A stretch of DNA of 64,000 nt from Octopus vulgaris (taxonomy: Eukaryota). The number at the start of each line of letters is the position of its first letter. Within the stretch, counting starts at the first letter, position 1. The position numbers and the translations under genes are program-made. The notes under the pieces were generated by a model. It made no database searches. It was not told the DNA's origin and saw nothing but the letters and a program-made list of their open reading frames with translations. The DNA lies in assembly GCA_951406725.2 (NCBI GenBank), contig OX597816.1, positions 103,602,001-103,666,000 of the forward strand, given 5' to 3'. This document shows positions 50,778 to 64,000 of this stretch, one piece after another.

Positions 50778-51190
50778 TCATTATCATCATCATCATCATT
50801 TAACGTCTGCTTTCCAGGTTAGCATGGGTTGGATGATTTAGCTGAGGACTGGCGAACCGGATGGCTGCACCAGACTCCAATCTGATCTGGCAGTTTCTAC
50901 AGCTGGATGCCCTTCCTAATGCCAACCACTCCGAGAGTGCAGTGGATGCTTTTACATGCCACCGACCGGCACGAGGGCCAGATAGGCGGTACTGGTAACA
51001 GCCACACTCAAATGGTGTTTTTTATATGCCACCTGCACAAGAGCCATTCCTGCAACACTGGCAACGACCTTGCTCGAATGTTTTTTCATGTGCCAGTAAC
51101 GCGACACTAGTAATGATCATGCTCAAATTGTGCTTTTTACATGCCACTAGCACAGAAGCCAGTTTATTGCTCTGGCAGCGATCATGCTCG
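50778..51190 (-). mobile_element. Family B repeat with VNTR units
   Basis: (CAT)n tail, core CAGCTGGATGCCCTTCCTAATGCCAACCACTCCGAGAG, degenerate internal units. Confidence 0.9.
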
Positions 51191-52757
51191 CTGTCCATAC
51201 ATACATAGCATTTAATGTATGTATGCTTTATGTGCACATGTTTGTGTGCATACATGCATTTTGTGAGACTCAAATGGAGAATCTTCGGAATATTTTTTAA
51301 AATAAATCTTCACTGTATCACTAATCAATTGGTTTTGGAAGATGCAAATGAGCTTGCTTTGTTCTTTCTTGGAAAACTCCAGCATTTCCTGGTTCTTATG
51401 GTGTTATGTAATGCAGCACATCCATGACAATAGGTACAAGTGGGAATCTGTAGCCATGTTATAAAATCTTTAAGTTCTGCATTAGTTTTCAATAGATTAT
51501 CTCTTTTGCTGCAATTTTAGGTGAGACATATTTCAGTGTGTGTGCATGCATGCATATCAGAATAGTTTAAAGCATTTACTTTGCAGCAAATATCCTATAT
51601 CAAAGCTTCAGGTTGGCCTAAGGCTTGTGAGTAGAATTCAGTTGATGGTAGCCCTTAATAATTGTCCAGAAGTACATCTCTCACATTCTCTCTGTCTGTC
51701 TGTCTGTCTGTTTGTTTGTCTGTCTGTCTCTCTTATATATACATATGAATAGATTTATAGTCTCTGTTTGAGATCCATCTTTCATGTTTCTATGGGCAAA
51801 GCTAAGACTTTCCTAGTGATAGATCACTGAAGCATAGCTAATTTTATGGTTCACATGCTCATCCTGTCAACCAGTTCAGTGAAGCATTAACCATAGATAA
51901 ATCTTGAAAATGAAAGATGATAAATAATAAACTAGCTGATTGATAATAGTCATTTGGGAAGAACACCATGAATAAAGCCATGAAATATTTTGATTTTTCC
52001 CCTGATTACATTTATTCTTCTGTAAAAATGTATAGTATAGAAAATTGGTAATTTCCACTGAGAAGAGAAAATATAAATTTCTAATGCTGTGTAAACTTAT
52101 TAATCTTTTGTTCATCAGCAATTTATTAACTATCCAAAACCCCATAAAGCAAAAGCAATCAGCACTCGAAAAATATTTGTAAAGTGAGGCTTGATGGTTT
52201 ATTTTGAGAAGAGAAGAGTTCAGTATTTTATGATGTGCTCCTTTTTGCTGTGGAAAAAGAATTACCACCACAAGCCCTCTGATAGTTGCGATACAAAATT
52301 AAAAACAATTGCAAAAAAGAAAAACAAATAATTTACTATATTTATGTTTAAAGCATAAATATGTCTTCTACATCAAAACTATATGTGCACGTACACACAC
52401 ACACACACCATGTTTTAAGTATATATATATATGCATATGCACACATGCACACTCAAATACATATCTTTATTATATGTGTTAAAAAAACAGCAATGTAATA
52501 GAATTTAACTTTGTAGGCAGTTACAATCTGCCACTGGGCATAACTCAAGTAGGCTAGTATTTTCTAATACAATAAATATAGCTTTCCACTTTGTACCACA
52601 TATTGAGTCCTACATAAGATAATGTTTGTGTGATATATAAACATATATTAGTGTATGTTTTACAAATCTTACAATAATAATAATGTTGTTGTTGTTGTTG
52701 TTGTTATTATTATTATTATTATCATCATCATCATCATCATCATTATTTTTATTATTG

Positions 52758-52970
52758 AAGGCGGTGAGCTGGCAGAATCATTAACATGCTGAATGAAATG
52801 TTTAGCAGTTTTTCACCCATTGCTATATTCTGAGTTCAAATCCCACCAGGGTCAACTTTGTCTTTCATCCTTTTGGGGTTGATAAATTAAGTACCAGTGA
52901 AACACTGGGGTTGATGTAATCAACAAACCCTTTCCCTCAAATTTCAGGCCTTGTGCCTATAATAGAAAGG
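52758..52970 (+). mobile_element. Full-length family E SINE
   Basis: GGCGGTGAGCTGGCAGAATCATTAAC..GAGTTCAAATCC..CTTTCATCCTTTTGGGGTTGATAAATTAAGTACCAGT..GGCCTTGTGCCTATAATAGAAAGG. Confidence 0.9.
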
Positions 52971-52971
52971 A

Positions 52972-53438
52972 TCATCATCATCATTTTAACGATTATGTTT
53001 CTATGCTGGCATGGGTTGGGCAGTCCTTATTTAAGCAGATTTTCTTCAGTTGGATGCCCATCCAGTTGCATATCCTTAACTGTTTGCAAGCAAGGTAATA
53101 TTTCCCAATAGCTAGATATATTTATGCAAAATATTGGAAATGAATTACACTGCTTGTATGACAGTAGCAGTGTACAAATGCATACACCCCCCCACAAACA
53201 CATGTGTACACACACGCGTGCTTACATACATACATACATACATATATACATTCATACATATGTGTGTGTGTATACGCAATGTGCTTCTTTCAATTTCTCT
53301 CAATCAATTCTACTCACAAGGCATTGGTCAACCTGGGTCTATAGTGGAAGACACTTAACCAAGGTGCCATGTCCTCGAACTAACCCTAGACCATATCACT
53401 GAGAAGCAAATTTCTAAGCCACACAGCCATGCCTGTGC
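52972..53438 (-). mobile_element. Composite SINE: family A head, family F body, RTE-type (GAT)n tail
   Basis: Head at 53280-53438 (..GAAGACACTTAACCAAGGTGCC..CACACAGCCATGCCTGTGCC); tail CATCATCATTTTAACG..CTATGCTGGCATGGGTTGG. Confidence 0.65.
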
Positions 53439-53454
53439 CAATATTTATCTATCT

Positions 53455-53501
53455 ACACGCACACACACACACACACACTCACACACACACTCACACACAC
53501 A

Positions 53502-53553
<52 letters not shown>

Positions 53554-53566
53554 CATACACACACAC
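53455..53566. repeat. (CA)n microsatellite
   Basis: Direct inspection. Confidence 0.95.
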
Positions 53567-53839
53567 AGATATAACAGATTCCTGTATATTTTTCCACCCA
53601 AAATATTTTACTAACAGGGCATTGGTTAATCCAATTCCATGACAGAAACTATTTGCCGTGGAGCCACACTGGGAGATTGAAGAGGTTGGACTAGGGCCAT
53701 GTTGTTGTGAAGTGGGCTCTTTTAACATGACCATGCCATAAATCTATATTTTTACTTCCCATATTCTTTTTGGTGTAAGAAGAAATGTCTTTGACTGATA
53801 AAAATCACTATTTGAGCAGTTCTTTTTCTGCTCATAAAA

Positions 53840-54060
53840 AGTACCCATACCAATACCACATAAAAGTGCCTGTGTTAGTACCATATAAAAGGCACCCAGC
53901 TCACTCTGTGAAGTGGTTGGTGTTTGGAAGGGCATCCAGTTGTAGAAACCAAGCCAAAGCAGAGTGGAACCTGGTGCAGGCTTCCACCTTACCAGCTATG
54001 GTCAAATCATCCAACCCATGCCAGCACGGAAAACAGACATTAAAGGATGATGATGATGAA
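53840..54060 (+). mobile_element. Family B repeat
   Basis: GTGGTTGGTGTTTGGAAGGGCATCCAG..CCAACCCATGCCAGCACGGAAAACAGACATTAAAGGATGATGAT. Confidence 0.85.
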
Positions 54061-54599
54061 TATTTTAGAGTGGGTGCTTTCAAATGTCAGCAAATTTGAA
54101 ATATTTGTTCTGTTGATTGGTTATCTAAGTCATCTAAGAAATATGTTTCAAAGACCTAAGACATAAGAGATTTAACTTCCAAAGAGCTAAATACTCTTTT
54201 TATAATGACAAAATCCTGAATGCAAGGAGACACAATGCATTGTTCTGTGATAGCAACAATCAGTCCATAGTAGAGATCTAGGAGAGTTTTATAAGTTCAG
54301 TAGTACTGGGGAGTGAAGAATCTAAAACTCCATTTCTAAATTGACATATTTTGCTATTGCAGTATGTGATGGTGTAATTAAAGCAATCTTTGCCAAACCC
54401 TGTTACATTTTGAGAAGTTATTTAATCAACTCATCACTAAAAATAGATATTTTCTCCTCTGCTAGTGCAACATGAGTCACACAATTCATTTAACATATAT
54501 CTTATATCCACAACAAACACACACACACACACAGATTCATACAAACATACTAAAAAAATTAATTTGATAAGTGGCAATGTCTGATAGCCTTCAATGGGT

Positions 54600-54771
54600 A
54601 TATAAATGTGTGCGTGTATGCATTTACTATATACATGTGTGTATGTAAATATATGTATATGTATGTTTATATATGTGTGTATATATATATATGTATATGT
54701 ATATGTGTATGTATATATATATATGTATGCATATGTGTATATATACAAGTGTGTGTGTGTGTATATATATA

Positions 54772-54839
<68 letters not shown>

Positions 54840-54850
54840 TATGTATGTGC
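54600..54850. repeat. TG/TA/CA compound microsatellite
   Basis: Direct inspection. Confidence 0.95.
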
Positions 54851-55759
54851 ATGTGTCCAACCCATGTCAGCATGGAAAACGAAGATTAAAGGATGGTGAT
54901 GATGATATATATGTGTGTATGAAGATGGGCATGTTCATCTGTGAGGAGGAGTAACAATGCCCGCAACTCTTTTAGGTATTCCTAGAACTTGAAAATACGG
55001 ACAACTGTGTGAAGTTGAAATTAATACAACTAATATTCACTCCACCAATGTATGTATTGTTGGAGTATAATGGGTTTCAATAGAAAATGAGAGAAATTAG
55101 GGCAGTTTCTACACACAGTTGCAGCCAGCCATTGTGGTTTAAACTGAAGATGACATACAAAGATATATTAACTACATACATGCACAAACCTACATATATA
55201 CACACTCTATCACTTGTTTGCATATACAAACACTCATACATAAATAAATACAATGTTCTCCATCACTCAGTCTTTTGTTTGCTGTCACCTACTCTTAAGC
55301 TAAGTTCTGAGATTATTTGCTTAACTTCATCTTTAAATATAAACTTGATGTCTTTTCCAGTATAATTGCTGTTAACAGAGACACTTTAGGAAGGTACCAA
55401 ATATAGATTTCAAATGATAGTGTATTATCTAAGCTGCAAAGGTAAAATAACTTCATCTTATGAAGACAATCTGGTATGAAATTCACTTTTTATTTTTCAA
55501 AATCTTTTTCTTAAGTAAAAGAAAGTGGTAAGTCATATTTAGTGGTGAAGAGTTCAGAGCTGAGCTAAATTTACTTCCCAGACCCAATTCCTGGTGGGAA
55601 CCATTTCATTTGGCTTGCATTTCTAATACTTTTGGGAAAGTCGTAAACATTTTAAGTGGCATTCAAATCAGCTGAAAGTTTTCTGTTTATCTAAAGAAAG
55701 AAAGTAACTGGAAACTGCTTCGTATCAAGTTATGTGTAGAAACAGCAGACAAACTTTAA

Positions 55760-55974
55760 CCATCCTTGACCATATTCCAAATAAAATATGCAGTAAATGT
55801 TTTTCATTTTATTTTGAAAATAATCAAGAATTTGGAGTAATTTTTATAATAAAGCTGGTGTTTGGATTATAATTTAATGAAAGTTTCATACATGAAATTA
55901 TGATGAGAAGCTTCAATTTAAATGTTAACAATTACAGATGAGAGGTAGTTGTAGATTGGTTGGTATCAAAAGGG
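55760..55974. mobile_element. TTAA-flanked (piggyBac-type) MITE, degenerate
   Basis: TTAA|CCATCC.. and ..GGTTGGTATCAAAAGGG|TTAA; the right end resembles 10310-10330. Confidence 0.6.
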
Positions 55975-57107
55975 TTAATTACTGTACAAAGCATAAGTAT
56001 TAGTCTTTGTCAACTGACAAAAGCTTCAAGCCAATATCTTTAAGGATTTAAGTATTCTGTATTACAACATACAATGTTTTTAGCATTATTTGTTCTTGAA
56101 GCTTTTATTTAGAATTCCTGAGAATCTCATAATTCAAATGTTTTGAATTCCTTTTCTGAATTGGAGTAAGAACATTAAGAACTTTATGCAACTAGTTTCT
56201 ATTTTGGATGGACTTTGTCAAGAAGATTATAACTGATGGAGATTATATATTTATTATTTTTTTTTAACAATAATATAGTAAGTAGCTACATGGGAAAGAT
56301 GAAATTTCATTAATAGTGACTATCTATCTTGTAAAGGGAATAGAATTAATAAATGTTTCGCTGTACTTTAATTCTAAGAGCATTGAAGATACTAGGAGCT
56401 GTCTTAATTCTTAATAAAATAGATTGGTCTAAAGATGGTGACTACCTGAGCTAACTAAAGAACAGAGAAGTGGTAGAGTTTGGCAAGGTAGAAATCATAT
56501 AAGACATATTATGAGAACATACTACTGATCTAATATTTCTCTTTTCAAACATTAACATCGTTTTAGTTGTGGTCATTGATTTAGAAGAGCTTCATTTTGA
56601 AGTGATTATCACCAATTATTCAGGTTGTTAAATATTAGAATATCGACTGCTACTTAACCTTTTATGAAATATATTCCACAACAAATTATTTCATAATCTA
56701 CTGATTAGCAGATAGTATAATTAATGGTAACTTTGTTCTTAGTTTTAAACACTTCCTTATAATTCTACTATTTTTCTTTATGAACTTCTTCAATTTACAA
56801 AATCATAATGCCATAAAAAATTGTTGCTGTGTTTGTAGTTCCAAGAAAAGAATCAAAATGTAAACAGTAGGTTTCACTTTGTAACATTTATTTATTCAAT
56901 TTATTGAAAGAAGCTGGACAAGCATATGTCTGAGTTGAAATTTGTATGTGTTTTGTTTGCTACAACTTCACAAATATCATTTCCTTACACTCTTCAATGA
57001 AATTAAAAGTTTTTATACATCTGAGATCATCAAAACTGGAAGTTCTTTCATCTAAATTCAGATTGTCATCTCTCATAGGCCTGGTATCAACTATATTGCT
57101 TCATTAC

Positions 57108-57109
<2 letters not shown>

Positions 57110-57140
<31 letters not shown>

Positions 57141-57370
57141 TGTTTAATGTCCACTTTCCATGCTAGCATGGGTTGGACGATTTGACTGAGACTGGCGAAC
57201 CATATGTCTGCGCCAGGCTCCAATCTGATCTGGCAGAGTTTCTACAGCTGGATGCCCTTCCTAACACCAACCACTCCGAGAGTGTAGTGGGTGCTTTTAC
57301 GTGCCACTGGCACGAGGGCCAGTCAGGCGGTACTGGCAATGGCCATGCTCAAATGGTGTTTTTTACGTGC
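57110..57370 (-). mobile_element. Family B repeat
   Basis: Long (CAT)n tail, core, and one hairpin unit GTGCCACTGGCAC..GCCAGTCAGGCGGTACTGGC. Confidence 0.9.
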
Positions 57371-57944
57371 TTCATTACAAAATATGTGCTTTATTACAAT
57401 ATATGATTTATATATCTACAATCAATATGCTGGGCTATAATATCTTTAAATATACAGATACAAAGAAATACACATGCACATTTCTTTTCCTTCATCACAA
57501 CAAATAAAGTTATAAGGTTTACAAATCTTCTACACTTAATATTAAAATTGATGAAAGAAATCATTGTGATTAATATTCTCTTCAGAACCAAACTTTAATG
57601 GTTCACTGGATTGTTAGTGTGGGTGCACAGAGGTATTCAGTTTCATGGCATGATTGATGGCAAAACATCTCCAAGTAGTAGGTCTTCCTGAACGATCCAG
57701 CAAAAGTCTGTGACCAAGTGTCATTTTAGAAAAAGATGTTGATGATCATTTCATATTAAATTTAACTGGATCCAGCTTACCATTGCATATAGTACACCAC
57801 ACACACACACACTATGTGTGAGTGCCTTAAAAATTTACGCATATATGTATGAATCATTTTATCTCAGCAAGGAAAAGTGCTCTGTCATGGCCACAGTGTA
57901 ATATGTGAAACCAATAAAAGAATAAAAAGGACTAATCTTTGTCC

Positions 57945-58410
57945 CTCATTTAATGACTATTTTCCATACTGGCATGGGTTTGATAGTTCAATAGGAACCA
58001 GTGGAACAGAGGATTGAGAAATGCTCCAATGTTTGAATTGGTCTGATTTCTGTTGCTTGATACCCTTGCTAGCACCAAATATTTTACAGAGTAAAGTGGG
58101 TGGTGTGCTTTTTGTGGTACCAGCACTACTGAAGTTGCCTTGCTACTTGTACAATAAAGGACCTAGAGGGATCTCTATAACTGAAGAAGGATAGATGATT
58201 CTAGGCAGGATGATTTGAAAGGGACCAATTTATTGTTGTGAGAGTATAGTTGGATGGGGGGTGGGTAAATATAGTTATGGATCCTGTTGGGAGAGGGAGT
58301 TCAGGAAGGACTGGGAAAGAGAAGTGATTAATGTTGGGCTTGTGAAAAAAAGATGGACAGTTGCAAAAGGGCCGAGCGATGAGTTGTGCTGGAAGGGTCC
58401 AGTGTTTTGT
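57945..58410 (-). mobile_element. Degenerate family B repeat with purine-rich (+ strand) upstream part
   Basis: TTTCCATACTGGCATGGGTTTG core, then a GA-rich stretch mirroring the CT-rich UTR at 5680-6200. Confidence 0.55.
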
Positions 58411-60097
58411 ATAACACACACACACCCACACTCACATATGGAAATCCTTGTAATTCATATCAGCATGTAAAATGATCATTAAAGTAATATTGATTATGAA
58501 GATTTTCAATGAATAAATAAATGAAATTAGACAAAGTCTAATTTTATCTAAAACATATGACTTGTTCCACTGTTGAACCTGTTTGGCAACTGATCTGATC
58601 TGACCTGAGTTCATTTGTTGCAACTAAAACATTTGCAACATGTTAGAGTCATATTGGTCCATTAAACATACATATCGTGTTTATTCCCTTTTGCTCTTTT
58701 GTTTTTTAGTTGTATGTATTGTTGTATCTTAATTATTCTCCCTTCATTTATAATCTAGCTAGTTCTACTCTAGTTGACTACCTCTCATTGCTTTGTGTTT
58801 CTTTCATTTTCTCTTTTAAAGCACTAAATCAATCAATTGGGATATTTGATAGTGCAGCTAAATGCTATAACTTGCTTGTTGACTTGGCTATAATATTTTA
58901 TATAGTTTAAATATTCTAGTTTAGAATGGTAACATTTATGTTACCTCATAGTTATATGTTTGCCAGAATTTGTTTCAGCTGTTTGTGAAGTTGTTATTAT
59001 TCTAGCATTTACTGCTAATCTTGGCTGGATGCTTGTCTTATCCATCTATCATTTTCCCAAGAAAGAAAAAAATAGAAAATAAATTTTAAAAATATAAAGA
59101 TGACAAAATAGAAAATAAGAGCATCACTGCATACTTCTTAGTGATAAAGAAAATTGATGTAGGAAGCTTCAGAGTTCCTTATTGACATGCTTTTTTCAAT
59201 AAAAATTGCCTGCCAGAATCAGTTTTGCTTTTCAATTTTCTGGAATCAGTAAGAACAAAAAAATAAGTACCAGTCATAATCTAGGATTGATTGAATCAAT
59301 TATTCTCCATCATAAGAAAAGTGTGAGGTCATGCAAATATGAGAAATCCTTATAAAATGTTTTTTTCTTTTACTTGTTGGATTTGATATTTATGTGACCC
59401 ATTTTGAAGCTATTCTGGTGTGTAAGCTTATACAATGTAAGACTTCAGAGACATCAGTTATACATTTCTAAATTTCTGGTGTTCATTATATTTTCTATGG
59501 ATAAAAAAGATAGTAAAAATAAACAAACATCTTACTTTACTGGATAATCATTATGAATTATGGTAATGATCATCATCATTATAATTATTTAACACCTGTT
59601 TTTTGTTTTTTTTTCAGAAAAAAATTCTTTACATATAGCCATTCTGTTATACTTAGTAATTATTGCAAGATCTGAAACAACCACCAGTTCTCACATGTTC
59701 CATTGTGTTCCAATAATACTTTTTCTCCTAAGGACTCATCACTCATTCTTATTCCATGTTGATTTTCTTGTCCCCTCAGATAATGTTATCTTTCTTTACT
59801 ATTTGGTTGCTTTCTGTCTTTGTTCACTTGTAATTGGGCATAGCAATATGCAAGAAATACACATGCAAATATTTGAATTTTAGATCATCAAAATCAAATT
59901 GAATTAGCGAAAACAAAAAAAAAACAAAACAATGAAAACAATGCAAAATATACACATAATTATAACTAGTGTGCTAAAATAGTATATAAATAGAGGAATC
60001 AATATGATATTATTGCATAATTAGTTTGCCTTTTGGTGTTTCTTTTCCCAAAATAAAACAGCCTTTTCACATATTTTGATATTTAAAAGTTCCACTT

Positions 60098-60280
60098 AAA
60101 GTTGTGAGCAACATTTCATCTGCCTTCACATTCTGAGTTCAAATTCTGCTGAGGTTGACTTTGCCTTTCACCCTTTTCGGGTTGATAAAATAAGTACCAG
60201 TTAAGCACTTAGATCAATGCAATCAACTTACCCACTCCCCTGAAATTGCTATCCCTGTGTCAAAATTTGCAACCAATATT
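60098..60280 (+). mobile_element. 5'-truncated family E SINE with ~18-bp TSD
   Basis: Flanks ATATTTAA(A/G)AGTTCCACT at ~60079-60096 and ~60276-60293. Confidence 0.85.
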
Positions 60281-60314
60281 TAAGAGTTCCACTATACCAG
60301 TGGCATTTGATAGA

Positions 60315-60520
60315 ATCATCATCATCATCATCATCGTTTAACGTCCGTTTTCCATGCTAGCATGGGTTGGACAGTTTTACCTGGGTCTGGGAAGCCAGGA
60401 AGCTGCACCAGGCTCCAGTCTGATCTGGCAGTGTTTCTACAGCTGAATGCCCTTCCTAACGCCAACCACTCCATGAGTGTAGTGGGCACTTTTTACGTGC
60501 CACTGGCACAAGTGCCAGAG
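60315..60520 (-). mobile_element. Family B repeat
   Basis: CATCATCGTTTAACGTCCGTTTTCCATGCTAGCATGGGTTGGAC core. Confidence 0.9.
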
Positions 60521-60609
60521 GATCTAACTCATTATTATTTAGCCATTTCTGTGTTAATAGGTTGTTATGCAAATTTTGTCTTATCTGTTGGTTTGCCTAA
60601 ATTGAAATG

Positions 60610-61132
60610 CTTCTGTTTTGACAGGTTTCAGTCAGTAGACTTCAAGGGTTTTAATCAATACTTTATCAGTCATACAGACCCCAATACTTATAACAGTCTT
60701 GTACTCATTTTGTAAATCTCTATTTGTTGAACTACTCAGTTACAAGACATAAGCAAAAACATCAGTTTTTAGAAGGGTGTAAACATAAACCATGTCTGGT
60801 AAGTTCACTGTCATCAATTCACCATTTTTGCCCAATATAATAGTTTTTAACTATTAATGGTGAGATACTATGGATAAATTTTCTTGGTAAACTTACCTCA
60901 CAGTGAACTTTCTTCACGGTAAATTGATGGTAGTGAACTTACCTGTAATCAACATAAACACAGATATTGGAGCACATGTTTTCATCTACCAAATTCCACT
61001 GACAAAGTAGCAGTCAACCCAAGCCTGACATGAAGGACATTTGTCCAATCTGTTGCTCAAGGGAATGAACCTGGAATCATATGACTGCAAGCTTGTAAAG
61101 CAAACTTCTTAAACGCACTGCCAAGTCTGCAC
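60610..61132 (-). mobile_element. Old family A SINE interrupted by a MITE
   Basis: GTTTCAGTCAGTAGAC..GACCCCAATACTTA.. and TTTCATCTACCAAATTCCACT..GAACCTGGAATCATATG..GCAAACTTCTTAA. Confidence 0.7.
60791..60950. mobile_element. 160-bp Mutator-like MITE
   Basis: TIRs GGTAAGTTCACTGTCATCAATTCACC / GGTAAATTGATGGTAGTGAACTTACC; exact 9-bp TSD AACATAAAC at 60782-60790 and 60951-60959. Confidence 0.8.
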
Positions 61133-61603
61133 TTATATCTGTAATGTAATTACACATTTTCCTTCCCACCATATGCAAATTCTTTATAGTGGCATTTTGA
61201 TTGATATATCAACATAAAATTTAAGCTTTACTTTGTTTCTGGATCCTTAACAAGTTATTTTTGTCTTATTAAATGGAGATATAACAATTATATATAACTG
61301 AGAATTTTAATAATCTGTAAATATTGAAACATAAATAAAATCAATTCTTTTGCATGAGAAGATTTGCATTTGGCACTGAAAATCAGTAAAGTTTGTTTGA
61401 TGCTAAGTACAAAACCATTCCATCTTATTCTTAGGATGCATTCTACTTTCTGGTAAACCATGCTGCATTTAAGGGCCATTTTCTGTTACTGCCGTATAGC
61501 CCTGTTATTGCTACATAATGATGAAATACAAATTCTAAAGTATAGTTAGTGACATTGAAATTTCAAGACTATTTTGAAATGGTAAAAAAAAAAGATTGTT
61601 CTT

Positions 61604-61990
61604 AACTATGTGGCTGTGTAATTTGAAGTTTGCTTCTCAGCCACATGGTTCTAGGTTCAGTCTGACTGTGTGGCACATTGGGCAAATGTCTTTTACTATA
61701 GCCTTGGGCTGACCAAAGCCTTGTGAGTAGATTTGGTAGATGGAAACTGAAAGAAGCCTTTTGTATATGTGTGTCTGCTTGTGTTTGTTTTCTACCACGT
61801 ATTGACAAGTGGTGTTGGTTTGTTCATGTCCCTGTATCTTAGCAGCTTGGCAGAAGAGACCAATTGGATACGTACCAAGGTTAACAAAAAAAAAAAAAAA
61901 AAAATTAGGATCGATTCATTTGACTAAAAATTCTTCAAGGCAGTGCCCCAGCATGGCTGCAGTCTAATGGCTGAAACAAGTAAAAGATAA
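61604..61990 (+). mobile_element. Full-length family A SINE
   Basis: TGGCTGTGTAAT..CCACATGGTTCTAGGTTCAGTC..GACCAAAGCCTTGTGAGTAGATTTGGTAGATGGAAACTGAAAGAAGCC..CAGCATGGCTGCAGTCTAATGGCTGAAACAAGTAAAAGATAA. Confidence 0.9.
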
Positions 61991-62879
61991 CAAGATTAAA
62001 CTATTTTGGTTATACAGTCTTGAAGAGGTTATATTACATTGAGTTTTTATTTAATTGTTAATTTTTCTTTCACTACACTAGACATTGATTGTATTGGATA
62101 ATGTTTAAACTACAGTGTACCTCTTTCTGCACCTTCTTTCCTCTGATCATATGTTTACAATGGAGTTTAGTCGAAACTAAGGCTAAAAGGCTGTAAACTT
62201 ACCTTTAATGTGAAATTGCTTCAATAAAATCCTGAATTTAGAGCTCATTTGAATTCCAAGTAAATATCCTCTTGAAAACTATTAATTGCCTTTGGTCTGC
62301 CTATTCTTCTAATTCTGAACATTCACTGTGACTTACATACATGTGTGTGTGCAGACAGACACACATACAGATACATGCACACATGCACACAAAACACACA
62401 CATGTAAGGTAAGTGCATGTGTAGTTATGTATGTATGTATGTATGTGCACGTGTTGAATAAAAGTAAAATGGTATGATGATACGATACGTAAGATTTTAT
62501 TTCTTTTAACTAGTTTGTGCAAATTCAGTGCACCTGCAGTTCAGTGATTACTTTCATCTTTATAGTAATCATAGTATGTAATTTGCTTGATAAATCTCAG
62601 ATGCCAAACACAATTTATGTAAACATATTATTAGCTTGATGTAAATGTTAATGTCTTTCACTGAAGTGCATGCACACACACACATTAGAACCATACAAAC
62701 TTTTCAAGCTGAGAGGTATATGGTTCTGATGAAGACAAATATCAGCTTTATGTGTAACTAAAGATATTATTTGGAAAATTCCAGTTGGAGATAATATAAC
62801 AATCCATTGGGACTTCAATGCACGAGTAAGTAAAAACTTTGAAATATGGAGCTGTTTAGAACATCATGTGATGAAGCAT

Positions 62880-64000
62880 AGTCAAATTCCAATAGTCTAT
62901 TTTTGCCACAAATGTATGTGCACAATCTTAAAAATGGAAATGCTCTTGATACTTTTAGTATTCCAACAGAAATGATCAGATTATGGGGAAGGAAGTGTCT
63001 GGAGCTTCTGCACATTCTTATATATAATCTGTGGGAAAAAGATACAATTCTTCAAGAGAAGAAGAAGGTGTTACTGAACATGTTACATGAAGGGAAAAGT
63101 GGCAAAGGCATATGCAACAATTTGTTAGGTATTTCTCTCCTCTGTGTTGTAGGGAAAATATTGAGTAGAATTAGGTTCATTCTACATGTTGTGATATCCC
63201 TTCTACTAAATCTCAAGAAGGTTTTCACTCTGGATGAAGAGCTTTTTATATGATATTCTCCACTTGTCACCTGAGAGAAAAATGCATGCATTGAACAGAG
63301 ACTTGATCTCTATCACTGCTTTATTGACCTCATCAAGGCCTCCTTGATTCAAGGAAAACATGATACATTATGGGTAATACTTAGACAAAGTCAGTTGTCC
63401 AGTTAAATTCACAAATATTATGAAGTCCTTTCATGATGACTAAAGAGCATGTGTTGCAATGGCAGTGAATGTTAAGACTCTTTTTCAACCTGTGGTGGTC
63501 TGAAATGGGTTGTATAACTACTCCTGTGCTATTGGTAATATATTTCACAATTGCTTTTTCACTTGAAACACTTCAAGAATATTTGTATATGTTACGGCAT
63601 AAGTGCTAAATTTCTCATCCTCAGACAGCTCAGTTGTTAATTACACCCTTCTGTATCTTTGATAAAATATTTCTTGCACCCTGACGATTATGATATTTTC
63701 TCACAATGAAAAATACTTTTAAACTCTCATTGGACATTGTTCGATCTAATATATTACATTAGCTTGTAAGATATTAAGCCTAACAATGACTGTATTGATG
63801 AAAATGTTCGTTCTTTATGAGATCTGCTGTGGAAAACCTTGTATGAGTCCTGATATAACACATAAAGTATATAACTACAAAATACAACTTTGAAAGCCAT
63901 CTTCCTTCAAATATCATAGCTGTATGTTAAATATAGATGAATATCCTGTTGATGAAATTACAAGTAGAATCTAGGAATAGCTGGTTATCATTTGGAAAAT
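62880..64000 (+). pseudogene. Decayed RTE (BovB-like) LINE reverse transcriptase, running off the window end
   Basis: ORF 62903-63253 LKNGNALDTFSIPTEM..LLHILIYNLWEKDTILQE..KGICNNLLGISLLCVVGKILSRI; later CIEQRLDLYHCFIDLIKA, a GCITTPVL motif and DEITSRI. Confidence 0.8.

Noticed and set aside
58432-58623. ORF MQQMNSGQIRSVAKQVQQWNK.. as a possible exon
   Set aside because: Weak splice sites and no recognisable protein family.

Overview
AT-rich eukaryotic DNA, most likely from an Octopus (coleoid cephalopod) genome; I inferred this from the SINE families, the RTE LINEs and the very dense CA/TA/CAT microsatellites. No intact protein-coding gene can be supported. Nearly all ORFs in the track are microsatellite read-throughs or pieces of decayed transposable elements. 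The window reads as a long intron or intergenic region containing decayed RTE and CR1-type LINEs, a Penelope-like GIY-YIG fragment, two internally deleted mariner elements, MITEs (TTAA/piggyBac, hAT, Tigger, Mutator-like) and several repeat families that I label A-F. The most striking signal is a set of minimal hammerhead-ribozyme (HHR) motifs of the Penelope/retrozyme type. One lies directly downstream of a tRNA-like Pol III head inside an inverted-repeat element (29858-30260), a candidate Pol III 'retrozyme'-SINE. Other notable structures are a twin-primed RTE insertion, a 300-bp inverted local copy inserted with a target-site duplication (TSD), a SINE array with a reused 18-bp target, hairpin VNTRs in an RTE-type 3' tail, and weak microexon and recursive-splice candidates. 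Coordinates were read by eye, repeat boundaries are approximate, and no database searches were run.
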